A stretch of DNA of 35,646 nucleotides, taken from positions 131,720 through 167,365 of the forward strand of contig NMRA01000205.1 of the NCBI GenBank assembly GCA_002633005.1. The letters are read 5' to 3'. Within the stretch, counting starts at the first letter, position 1, and the number at the start of each line of letters is the position of its first letter. The notes under the pieces were generated by a model. The model was not told the DNA's origin, made no database searches, and saw only the letters and a program-made list of their open reading frames with translations. Shown piece by piece: positions 11,900 to 22,634 of the stretch. Made by a program: the position numbers and the translations under genes. This DNA comes from Phoronis australis (taxonomy: Eukaryota; Animalia; Phoronida).

Positions 11900-12931
11900 A
11901 CATTGCGAGGGAGTCCATAATCAGGCATATCAGGTGCTGAATTTCTGAATTACGTTCAATTCTCTCAGGTTATTGCTGAAGGATTGCTTTTCACTTTGTC
12001 CAACGGTGAAATAGATGGTCAGGCGGTTGGTTTCAGTTGTTTTTTCTTGCCTGTAACAGAATAGAAATATTAGCAAATTGTAAAAGAAAAGACAAGACAA
12101 AACTACTTTTGTAAGGCAGAACATACTTGACATTTCATCTTCATGTTTATGTGTAGAAACTAATAACCTTTGTACCCAAGTCTTATTTAATATCTGAATT
12201 AAAATATGTGAAACAGGCTAAAAGTGATTTAACAATGTGTATTTTTCATGACACTTAAAATGTGCTTCTGATCTCAACAAGTAAAATTCATTCTAGGTGT
12301 CAATTTTTTTCCAATGCAATGTTACGACATTTACTGAATTAAGGCTTATTCATGTTAATTCGATAACTGAGCTGGTGGTCCTGGGGGTGGGGTCCACGAT
12401 AAAATAAGGAAACTCACTCATCTAGAGAATTTTATTGGAAACAGCATAGTTTTGAAGAGAAACTGCTGTGAAAAAGTCACTCTTGACTTCTGTGCATCAC
12501 GTACCATACACCTCTTATTTTGGGAGCACTCCCACCCAGGACAATATGAATATGTGCTGCTAGCCTACCCGGCATCGGGTGAGTTTCCAAAAAGAAACAC
12601 TTAGTTCCACTCAATAAAACTGTTATTCAGTGGGGTAACTGGTGGGGATAACATCACCGAACGATGTTGATAGAAACTGATTGCTAAAAACTTACCAAGT
12701 AATGTTGTGTAGTCTCCGAATGGAACTGCATAGTCATAGACATAGAGCACACACGGGGCTTCAGCATCCACACACTTTTTGTCAGTTAGTTGACCCTGTT
12801 GACCGCAGTTGTCCACGAATATAGTAACCTTAGGTCTTTTGGGAATTTGTGGCCACCTGTCGAAGACTTGCACCAGGGAAATTAGCAGTAATAAGGCTTA
12901 GCGCGACGACGTATTTTGATAATAATTCCAT
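11900..12931 (-). pseudogene. THAP N-terminus of the ISL2EU transposase, two exons (12931-12696 and 12050-~11900); DDE core not found
   Basis: YYC*FPWCKSSTGGHKFPKDLRLLYSWTTAVNR...VWMLKPRVCS, donor TTG|GTAAGT. Exon 2 after tgttacAG reads GKKKQLKPTA*PSIS (AVPT-box equivalent). Confidence 0.8.
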
Positions 12932-14470
12932 CTTTTACCAGTTGTTTACATGCAGACAGCCACGCATGCGCAATTCAATCACCACTAGTACAGCAGCGAC
13001 ACCGCGAGGAGAATTCTCCGAATAGCCTCATTTGGGCCGTCTGGTTTCTAATGCAGACAGCTTCGTCGGCCACTCTTGACTGCCAATGATTACGAAAGCG
13101 GGGTACTTACCCTTCCACAAATGTGGCAATATATCTAACAAAAAGACCGTCCAAAAATCATCTTTCATACTCAGAATTACACCTATTACAGAACGCACTA
13201 CAGAATATAATTTTCGAAGCAGAAGCTTCACGCCTTTGTAACAGTGAAATACCTCAGCATAAGACGGACGATCACCACTATTCCATAATTGATACCATAA
13301 ACGTTTATTGTCGCGTAATTTACTCCGAAATGGGGACCAGGTATGGTAGAAAATCCTTAACAGGTATGCAGCGTGAAGCTTTCTTAGCAGCGATTGAGAA
13401 AAATTGCTATTAACTTACGATTTATTCGTGTAATAGCATCAGAGTAATAGGCCTAAACGGATGCGTTTTTTATATTTCTGCATCTTCCAGCTAGATATGC
13501 TATGTCATTAAATCGTCAAAGATCGTTAGTGTGGATCGAATTTCTCATTGCGGTGGTATGGAAACCTACCAATTCCGACAACTGTGTTTTTTCAACTTGG
13601 CCATGCTGATAAAATGCCTCAAATTACTCGATGGCAATCGGATTTTCAGCGCAGAACCAACCAAGTTCGTGATAACGTTTCATTTCTAAAAGTGATTGCT
13701 ACTGAACCGTGGACAAGAATTAAGGTTAATCAAATTTTCCATCGCAAACAATTACGAGACTAAACGTCTCTTTTACCAATAATTCTTAAAAGTCTTACTG
13801 CCGATTCCCAAGTGTTTTAATGACATATGCCATGGTTATCAATATTAATCAGAATGTAAGGTCTGACCAGATTTTACTCGTACGAGAGACGTGATGCGTA
13901 GAAGTGGGACTCAATATATATAGTTATACACACGATGACAAATTCAACCAAATCAATTCACAAATTATACCTTTTATCTCATCGTCCGTGGAGACGTCGA
14001 AACACGTAACAGTCGTGTAAGTCTTTAGACGACATAATCCGCCATTTGTTGTAGTGTCAACACTGTATGTTCACCACGTTCCCGGCCGTTTATTTTAAGG
14101 AAGTTATCGAAACAATGTCTGTGATATTATTGTTGAGAGTTTACAGTGCCTATCGTTCATTACTCATGCTGTCGTTCGGGTTAACAGAACAGTCAACTCC
14201 TATACTAAGACCGCATTGCCTATGACCTACAACGGAACCGTCGAGCGACAACTCGTCGCTAACTGTGGACAGTCCGTTCCAGTCGCAGACTCGTCGCTCG
14301 ACTGCCAAGCGGCGAGCGCTGCTGCAACTTCGAAGGTCTGTTCACATTAAAGGCGAATGCCACACAAAAAAACTATTTTGTAGCAATTTAGATCGAGCAG
14401 TTCAACACGATAACGGCACGTTCGGTTGCGTTACCTGACACCTGACGGCAGACGAAGGTGTTGAAATTAT

Positions 14471-14486
14471 CCAATGACGTCATTGG
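14471..14486. promoter_or_regulatory. Perfect 16-bp palindrome CCAATGACGTCATTGG (CRE core with CCAAT on both strands)
   Basis: Self-complementary, 120 bp inside the left TIR of element A. Function is inferred only. Confidence 0.4.
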
Positions 14487-14801
14487 TTTCACACGCAGTC
14501 TGTTCAGCAGTTCACAACACCGGTTAGTGGTGCCAGCTTATCGCTTGAATTCAACGTTTAACACCGATAAATCATCAAACTTCGTTGTAAAACCCTAAAA
14601 AATAAACGTGTTGTTTTATTTCGCTGTTACGGATTTGCTGGTATTTGGACACACCGTACCCTAAAAAGTTCGGCAGGCCAATTTACCAAGGTCGGTAGCA
14701 GGTGTTTGGGGGTTTGGGGTCTGTTCGGAGATAAATTCGAAGTATTCTTCCGTGAAATACAGACAGGAGAACCCAGATCTGTGTTCTCAACAAACAAAAC
14801 G

Positions 14802-14930
14802 CTCGTTATCCCGGCCAGCCTGAGTGGCTCGGAACCGATCACTAGGCCCGGCGTCGCCCCCGGACTGACTCGTTATCCCGGCCAGTGGCTCAGAACCTGA
14901 TCAGGCCCGTCGCGGCCGCCGGGACTGGCA
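14802..14930. repeat. GC-rich diverged two-copy tandem repeat (~66-bp period) inside element A
   Basis: ctcgttatcccggccag...gtggctc.gaacc.gatca...ggccc.. at 14802 and 14869. Confidence 0.8.
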
Positions 14931-15509
14931 CGAACATAAATCAGCTTGAGTTGGACACTAAACCTCCAGTCACGAAAAGACTATAATAGTGAGCCAAAGA
15001 AATAATGTGCACGTAATTGTTTATGTGAATTAGCCACGAAACTGAAAATCTACTTACTTGTCGGGGGCCGCGAAGTCGGGTTCCCCTTCCAAAGACCATT
15101 AGGGCAAAGGTTGTACAGTAACAATGATTTGAATAATGTGTTTGTAGATTCCCCTAACATGTGACCATAGCATATAAAATCGAGTAATTGTTTCACAACA
15201 GCTTTCTGTCAGGAAACTCTGAATTAGCATGCGCTCACACGGCCTCGTTGCCCGATCAATTACCTTTGATGCCGGCATCAAAAGCCAGTAACGCAGTGGT
15301 TTATTCATTGCTGGCTTCTCAAAACCAATTTGCACTCACGAGCACTCCAAGGCATTACAAAATGTATCTCATTAGTAATGAGACAGACTTTGTTTCAGTT
15401 TCATATAAGCATTGGTTAGGGTGAAAATGATTCATTTTGAAACAAAACGCAGAATAATAAACGTCTACGTGGCAACTCTCTCGGCGCCAATCCCGACTTA
15501 GTCAAGAGC

Positions 15510-15645
15510 TCATCCGACGAAGACTTCACGCCGGGTCAGATCGTTAGGTTTCAAAGGCTATCAATTCGAACCGGAATACACTGAACAAGAAATACTAGAG
15601 AGGCGCCGTGAACATGCACAGGCAACGGAATGTATGGATAGTTCT
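15510..15645 (+). pseudogene. KolX-like (P2X7 C-terminal-like) N-terminal remnant
   Basis: SSDEDF.. then, in a shifted frame, GFKGYQFEPEYTEQEILERRREH. The acidic stretch plus Y(Q/M)FEP motif is what I recall for the Kolobok second ORF. Confidence 0.65.
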
Positions 15646-15884
15646 TTGGTAAGTCGGAATTCGTCAGAGAAATCACTGTCGACGAAATGCCGGACACAGA
15701 CACGGAGATGTTTCACGGCCTCATACTTGCTATTAACAGCGTACCTTTCATTCTTCATTACCACGAGCCACTTCCTAAGCATTTTGGGCTTTCGAGGAAG
15801 TCGAAAAAACGATATACCCGCTTTCTTCGCAGCTTCATAGTTCGGACAAGCGGGAACAATGCACCGCAATATAGCGGCATTCAC
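15561..15884 (-). CDS. THAP zinc-finger (C2CH) ORF, truncated Kolobok transposase N-terminus
   Basis: CIVPAC...ISFFRLP...RKWL...RVCVRHFVDSDF retains all four Zn ligands and the P/W/F residues. No AVPT box; the tail after ~15645 is antisense KolX-like sequence. The start codon is GTG in this copy. Confidence 0.85.
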   Translation of the reverse strand: MNAAILRCIVPACPNYEAAKKAGISFFRLPRKPKMLRKWLVVMKNERYAVNSKYEAVKHLRVCVRHFVDSDFSDEFRLTKELSIHSVACACSRRLSSISCSVYSGSN

Positions 15885-16207
15885 TCTGCAGACGAACGAC
15901 TGACGTCGCTCCGTCGTTTCTCACCTTCCTCACAGGTTAACGCGACACCTCTCGGCAAGGTGAGGTCCACCGTATAAGAGGCGATGTGGATATAGACCGA
16001 CTTCAATCGGTAAAAAAGACTAATGAAATCGGGTGGCATTCTCCTTTAAAGTGTACACAACATGACTCTAGTACCTCAAAATAAATTTTATTATTATATC
16101 TTACTTGATTTCAGTGCCTTCACTGCACAGCTCACAAAGAAACACGCAAAAATTGAAAAAAATAATAATTATGTACAACGTCATGGGTTGAACCCAAGTC
16201 GTTCGCC

Positions 16208-16489
16208 ATACTGTTCAGATCAGAGACAAAGTGTATAGAGTGAAGAGAAAGCAAAGTACATTTAGCGTCGAGAAGGTTCGTAGAGGGATCAAAAGACGTG
16301 TTTCCGGAGGCTGCAAAGGACACCAAAGTTGCGCAGAAGTGGCATCGCTTCGTGCGCCGAACGAGAGTGTGGGACGTCACTGTGGACCAGGCGATTCGGC
16401 CCGGGGCCACTCTGTGTTCTGCCCACTTTGAGGACTCGTGTTTCGACTCCAGTCACAGGAGACGTTACGATGAAGGCCTGGTTCAATAA
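16208..16489 (+). pseudogene. Degenerate THAP domain of element B
   Basis: KCIE*...VFPEAAKDTKVAQKWHRFVRRTRVWD...TLCSAHFEDSCFD. The C-terminal C-x-x-HF is intact; the N-terminal Cys pair is broken by TGA. Confidence 0.75.
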
Positions 16490-16499
16490 AGGACAACAT

Positions 16500-16765
16500 T
16501 CATCATTCAGAAACATGAGCTCTTAATTCAGGATCGTCTGTGATGACTGGGTTGACTTGCTGAGCCCGAGGCCGCTTCTCTCGCGGGAGGATCCAATTCG
16601 TCTCAAAGTAGAAAAGTACGCAACCGGAAGCACATTAAACTTGTTCTCGCTTTCGTGCAACCCCATTTCCTCATCCTGGCCACCATTCCCGTACGTTTCT
16701 TCATAGTATTTGTTCAATTCTTGCTCATAATCGTCGTCGCTTTCAAATTCCCTGCTCTCCGCCAT
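16500..16765 (-). pseudogene. KolX-like N-terminal ORF of element B
   Basis: MAESREFESDDDYEQELNKYYEE...VLPVAYF, then in a shifted frame ...DPELRAHVSE** where W-C would be expected. Position and orientation match the Kolobok second gene. Confidence 0.5.
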
Positions 16766-18651
16766 TGTTCAATGCTAGTTACTGATCTCTTGTGTTCAAC
16801 CCATGACGTCACATGGCGGCAAATGTGAAAATTGGCAAAATTGAAAGAAAAATCAAAATTTCGAGCTAATTACACAAAATAAACATGGTTTTAGCTAAAT
16901 TTTACGTTATACATTTAGTCTGTGGCCACCGGTAATTCAAAATGTGCATAAATCCATGGTGTGTACTGTTTAAGCGATTAAGCTACAACGCAACTACAAT
17001 TACGCGTTGCAGACAAAATGGAGACGGTAGACAGATTTAAAGGAACATTATTGGCTTAACGAGAGAAAAAATGTTCTGGGATTTCATTTGAATCAGATAG
17101 ACTTCTTAAAGTTATTATTTTGACCAGAGTTATAAGACGACAAAATCTGTTGTTTTGTGAGATTGTGTTACAAATTATCAAATAACGCCATTTTCTGCCA
17201 TACATTTGCAGACAAAAAGCTCGATGACTTCACGAGCTAAGTGCAACGGCTGATTGCATGAAACAAACCCAAAGATAGACTCGATTATGCTGCTTAAATT
17301 TTCCTGTCACCTGCGAACAGATTGTACTTTCTCACTTACGTTATTTTATTTTCAATGTTATTAACAAGTCAATTGTTGTCTTTGACGCTCACTGAGAGCA
17401 AATTGAATCCTTAATACTATTGGAAATTTATAGGATTATTTTAATGCAACGCCCCTATTAAAAGTACCGGCATTGAAATAAGGGTCTAGGTTTTAGATAC
17501 GATATTTTTGGAGAATGTCATTAGTCAAAGAGATCATGAGAAAACAAAAACAATTAGCCAATATTTGATGTTTTCCCTACTGTCGCATAGATTTTTTTTA
17601 CCGCGAGTTCAGTAGGGCTCCTAATCTTGCACTGTTAAACTGAGAACCGGAAGAATTTGTTGTTTGCTTCCGGCCAGAATCGCCTTCGCAAATTTAATTT
17701 CTGTAGGATGAACTTGACCTTATTGCCATACACCGGGATTCTCGATACTCTCCTACTTTACCGCGAGTTGCTTTAAAATTCTTCTATACTGTGGTTCTAT
17801 GCAAGCCACTTTGAAATTAATTTCAGTTTCTTTCGCTGAACTGTCAGTAAAAATCACTAGACGCGACTCAAACTTGTTTGGAAAAATAAAAAATATCTGC
17901 CGACATTCTCACCTAAGAGAAGTAGGCAGAGTGAGAACAGATGGTTTAAGGACTGTTGAATAGAAACTTATTCCCACGCAAACTTTGTCAAGGAAATAAT
18001 GCACCTGTACTATTTGGAAAGAGTACATACGACGCTCGGTAAATATGCTGTGTCAATTTGCCATCTCAAATTCCCTGTTCTGCGAGCTCGTAAACGATGA
18101 TTTTCAGATTAGAAGCATGTATCGACCATTATAAATTGCTCTGATTGTCTTTCAATTTGCGTTTGCATGGCCCCTTGAACTGGAAAAATAACACCAATCA
18201 GTGTAGTGGAGTAGGAGAGTTCACTCCGTCATTTTGCCATTCGCCGCAATGGTTACCGGTCGAAACACTAGCGCCCCAAGCGGTGAATAATCAACGCTTA
18301 GTTAGGAGCGCAGTCCGAACAATGTAAACACTGATAAATTCATACTTAAATGACATTCAACGTGCAATAAAATCACTGTGTGATTGAAACTGGTTAGAAT
18401 ACATAAACTACCATCCACTTATAATCAAATGAGAACGAAAATGTGTATTTTAATCAATATTAAAGTGTTTTTGCTTTTATTCTCTTGAAGATCCCTTCAA
18501 AATCCATCATGGTTTTGTTTCATATTTGAGTTCTTAACAAGGCAATTATCGTTCCTTATAACAGTTCATATCTCCATGGACTACAAAATTTGAATGATTG
18601 CTCCTGGGGGTTCAGAGGGGAATTCCCCCCAGGTGCCAGCTAAGGGGGTAC

Positions 18652-18772
18652 CAGGCAAAAACCAGGTGGGCGCCAAATGGGTGTTGACCCCCTCCCAAGG
18701 GGGTTACATGGGAGGAGTGCTAAACAGGTAAAAACCAATGGGGTATGCCACAAGGGAGTTGAGCCCCTCCCA
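18652..18772. repeat. Diverged two-copy tandem repeat (~74-bp period)
   Basis: caggYaaaaacca...gcca.aa.gg.gttga.cccctccca at 18652 and 18726. Confidence 0.65.
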
Positions 18773-19814
18773 TCGTCACACATTTTGGTTGCTCCTCTGA
18801 CCATTGACAAACATGCTGCTCCCAGCTCACTGCTGGTTTCATATCCACCCAACAATTTCCCATGTGTTCCCTATTCAATGCACCAGGATCTAGCAATGCG
18901 AACAATTGTTTTGTGCAGTGGGTGTTACACAAGTAAGAAGAAGAAACCAAAGCAATTCATCACTACCACAAAATCGTAATATAATTTTAGAACATTCCAT
19001 TATTTCTCAGACATGCCAGTATAGGGTAAACTCGATTCCACTCTCTCAATATAATCACCAACAGTTACAAGTCAGTTGCTAATCTGTAGAATAGCTCGCA
19101 CCTTACAAAGCGAAGTAACATTGAGTATATCACTCATAACTAGTCCAAGTTCAAAATGTCATGACAAAGAATTAAGGTACTGAACAGCAATCAAAATATA
19201 CACTACCCACATAGCTTCATACAAAACTGAATTAAAAAGAGTGACTTGGATGATAAAATCAAAATTTAATTTTATATACCCACTGTTCCTATTATCAATA
19301 ACAGCTAGTATTTCAGGTAAGTTAAAGCCAGACCACAAGATCATATTTGTTACCTAGCCACAACTGGGGCTTAAATTAATCACTATCTCCAAAAACGTAC
19401 AAAATAGCCAACACATACACCAATACAACAAGAAAATCTGACCAACCTTGTCACTCTCTATTAATTCACTAGTAAACAACAACACTTTTAGCCAAAGAAA
19501 TGCATTATAAATAAAGCTGAAAACTAATTTACTCACAGAGTTGTTTGTCATTGAGAAGTAAAATGATACGGATAGCTTGGGTTTAACAAAATTTCAGACC
19601 ACCATTAAGACTCTGAAAGATCCATCAGTTTCACTTTGGCTCTCTCCAAATCACAGGCTTAACAATTCATAAAATGTTTCAATCTGATCAACTTTAGTAA
19701 AATGGGAAAACCAGATTTTGACTAATTGTCCTCTCTACACGTGATGTTCCAGTACTTGCTTTGTGAGACGATAATCAGAAATGCAAAAAGCCTATTCCAG
19801 AGCTGTAATATAAT

Positions 19815-20767
19815 TTCCGGAGAACTTTTTGACATCTTCATTTTTGGTGGATTCGAGACATCAAATATTGCTCGGGCACTCCATTCAATACTAGCTTATT
19901 CTTCATTCATCAACATGGACTCCTCGAAGTGATGAGAGCAAACTTGCAGTTCTTGGACAAGTAGGTTGCATCTCTATTCATAAGGTTGGCTCCCACTAAC
20001 AGTACTTGCACCTGAACAGAAATCAGTGAGAGACTAGGGAACAAACCTCATACTCACTAGGTTCACAGAAGACTGGTAGCCTAGTACACTAAACTACACT
20101 ACACTACAGAATTCCTGTCTTACTGTGATTGTGGTAGTGTCAACTGAAAAAATAGGACTCAAATGTCGGTCCAAGGATATTTTAAGGGCCGCGACCCTGC
20201 ATCATTGGCATATAGAATTAAGTTTTTTATGACGCACTGCTTAACTTAATTGGTCCAACTGGCACATTAAAATTATGTCGGTTTTTTCACCTTTCCACCG
20301 AGACCAATTGACTCATGATGGACTTGAGGCCCTGTGGCTGTGATTGTGCCATGGCCGTGTCACCAGTTATATTACCCATGGCCATTGGGTATGTTTTCCT
20401 AAAATTATCCCTGCGATCGTTTGGGTGACATTTTCACCCCTCATGGAATTCATGAACTGCAAGTATCCAAAAAGCTGACGATCACATCGTACGTTAATCA
20501 TAGTCCTTCCGCCGGCAGCCCGGCTGTACAGTAGACCTAGCCTGCTACACGGCAGACAACAGTGGCAACGGGACTGCGATCAACTTGTCTAACAACCGTG
20601 AACAGAACACACAAAATGAAAGACAACATATCATATTATTGATATTATTGAATGACCGATAATCCTTACCTTTCTGGATCCTTAGGGAACCTAAAAAATG
20701 ACACGTCTGGTGTTTTTGTGGATGAATTCATGTAATTTGTCGCACTGCAAAATGCGTCCTTCCCCAT
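19815..20767 (-). pseudogene. THAP12/PRKRIR-like THAP domain, two exons (20767-20670 and 20011-~19815)
   Basis: MGKDAFCSATNYMNSSTKTPDVSFFRFPKDPER, phase-2 intron GTAAGG...ttcAG, then CK...NLMNRDATYLSKNCK/CSHHFEESMLMN...IFDVSNPP. Second Cys is Tyr; stops and frameshifts are present. Confidence 0.85.
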
Positions 20768-21624
20768 TGTTTTGGCGCTTCCTGGTTGATCGTTGCTTGT
20801 TCACCACTTGGCGGCGCTAGTAGTAGCGGTAACAGCAAACTCACAAGTGAATTCTCCTACTCTACTACACTCCTTGATAACACTTTAAAGTGTGCATTAA
20901 TATCAATTTACCAACATTGTATTAATGATTTCACCCAAAGGTGTCTCTGGCTCCTGCGGTCCTGCTGGTGCACCATTGGCTTACGTGTACAGTGTAGTTC
21001 ACCGAGCATGACCCCTTAAATATCCCTCGCGTTCTCTGTAGTTAAAAATCTGAGGACTTTATGGAGTTATTGTCCTCAATGTCCAAAACCAAACATCAAC
21101 AAAAATTAAAAATTATCACATACCACTATTCTGCATCAAGTATTTTTAAAGAGTTTTTTTCTTTGTCTTACGTTTTGTCGTTTATCTTCGCTCTCTTGTG
21201 AAGTAAGTAAATTAATGACAATAGAAATTGTATTAATGTATCTACTACATGTAATTCAGAGGATTCCATCCGTGCTAAATCGGTACAATATTCGCCAGTT
21301 TCCGTACGACGCCATCACATACATATACATAAGGTGGCACTGAATAGTTAGGTTGTGGCCGCGGCCAATTTGTTAAAATGTTAAAATCTAGGGCTAGGCC
21401 AGGCTTGGGGGCATTTTTCAATTAGGTATTGTGTGTAGGCCAAGTGAATGTTTTTTTGTTGTATTTGTGAACATGCTGGGAATGAAAAAAGGCCAGTTTC
21501 TTGGCTGTAGCTGCACTCTTCTTCAAGATGGTGGCCCCCTGTTGCAGTTGTGCATTGCTGTGTAGCAACTGAGAAATTGGCCGCGATTTCAGGTAGCCCT
21601 CAAACAAGCCAGATTTGCAAAAAA

Positions 21625-22598
21625 NNNNNNNNNNNNNNNNNNNNNNNNNNNNNNNNNNNNNNNNNNNNNNNNNNNNNNNNNNNNNNNNNNNNNNNNNNNN
21701 NNNNNNNNNNNNNNNNNNNNNNNNNNNNNNNNNNNNNNNNNNNNNNNNNNNNNNNNNNNNNNNNNNNNNNNNNNNNNNNNNNNNNNNNNNNNNNNNNNNN
21801 NNNNNNNNNNNNNNNNNNNNNNNNNNNNNNNNNNNNNNNNNNNNNNNNNNNNNNNNNNNNNNNNNNNNNNNNNNNNNNNNNNNNNNNNNNNNNNNNNNNN
21901 NNNNNNNNNNNNNNNNNNNNNNNNNNNNNNNNNNNNNNNNNNNNNNNNNNNNNNNNNNNNNNNNNNNNNNNNNNNNNNNNNNNNNNNNNNNNNNNNNNNN
22001 NNNNNNNNNNNNNNNNNNNNNNNNNNNNNNNNNNNNNNNNNNNNNNNNNNNNNNNNNNNNNNNNNNNNNNNNNNNNNNNNNNNNNNNNNNNNNNNNNNNN
22101 NNNNNNNNNNNNNNNNNNNNNNNNNNNNNNNNNNNNNNNNNNNNNNNNNNNNNNNNNNNNNNNNNNNNNNNNNNNNNNNNNNNNNNNNNNNNNNNNNNNN
22201 NNNNNNNNNNNNNNNNNNNNNNNNNNNNNNNNNNNNNNNNNNNNNNNNNNNNNNNNNNNNNNNNNNNNNNNNNNNNNNNNNNNNNNNNNNNNNNNNNNNN
22301 NNNNNNNNNNNNNNNNNNNNNNNNNNNNNNNNNNNNNNNNNNNNNNNNNNNNNNNNNNNNNNNNNNNNNNNNNNNNNNNNNNNNNNNNNNNNNNNNNNNN
22401 NNNNNNNNNNNNNNNNNNNNNNNNNNNNNNNNNNNNNNNNNNNNNNNNNNNNNNNNNNNNNNNNNNNNNNNNNNNNNNNNNNNNNNNNNNNNNNNNNNNN
22501 NNNNNNNNNNNNNNNNNNNNNNNNNNNNNNNNNNNNNNNNNNNNNNNNNNNNNNNNNNNNNNNNNNNNNNNNNNNNNNNNNNNNNNNNNNNNNNNNNN
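21625..22598. other. Assembly gap (974 N)
   Basis: Run of n. Confidence 1.
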
Positions 22599-22634
22599 CC
22601 GGAAGGCGATCGAGAACGAGACCTTACACCAAAA

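Larger units (their letters stand above)
9513..13029. mobile_element. ISL2EU-type (PIF/Harbinger-related) DNA transposon, internally deleted and decayed
   Basis: TIR ggggctattcggaaaat versus attctccgaatagcctc (15/17). AT TSD at 9511-9512 and 13030-13031. Convergent SAP/YqaJ (+) and THAP (-) remnants, the gene pair known for ISL2EU. Confidence 0.85.
14351..16045. mobile_element. Kolobok-type non-autonomous element A (1695 bp), TTAA TSD
   Basis: TTAA(14347-14350) aggcgaatgccacac ... gggtggcattctcct TTAA(16046-16049), 13/15 TIR. Contains THAP (-) and KolX-like start (+). Confidence 0.85.
16050..16969. mobile_element. Kolobok-type non-autonomous element B (920 bp), TTAA TSD shared with element A
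   Basis: TTAA agtgtacacaacatg ... catggtgtgtactgt TTAA(16970-16973), 12/15 TIR. THAP remnant (+) and acidic KolX-like ORF (-). Confidence 0.8.
18200..20871 (-). mobile_element. 2.7-kb THAP-bearing TIR transposon derivative (P-element- or hAT-type)
   Basis: 26-bp TIR agtgtagtRgagtaggagaRttcact (18200-18225 and 20846-20871, 24/26), plus a second inverted block actagcgcc(g)ccaagYggtgaaYaaKcaacg (about 18267-18296 and 20791-20821). No TSD recognisable. Confidence 0.8.

Noticed and set aside
14627-14842. Further THAP or KolX remnant in the left part of element A (VC*EH..GFSCLYFTEEYF)
   Set aside because: Similarity is too short and ambiguous to support.
7423-21019. TTAA agggtcataatcgg ... ccgagcatgacccc TTAA as the ends of one 13.6-kb Kolobok
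   Set aside because: Only 11/16 inverted identity over a long distance with no internal support; cannot be distinguished from chance or unrelated ends.
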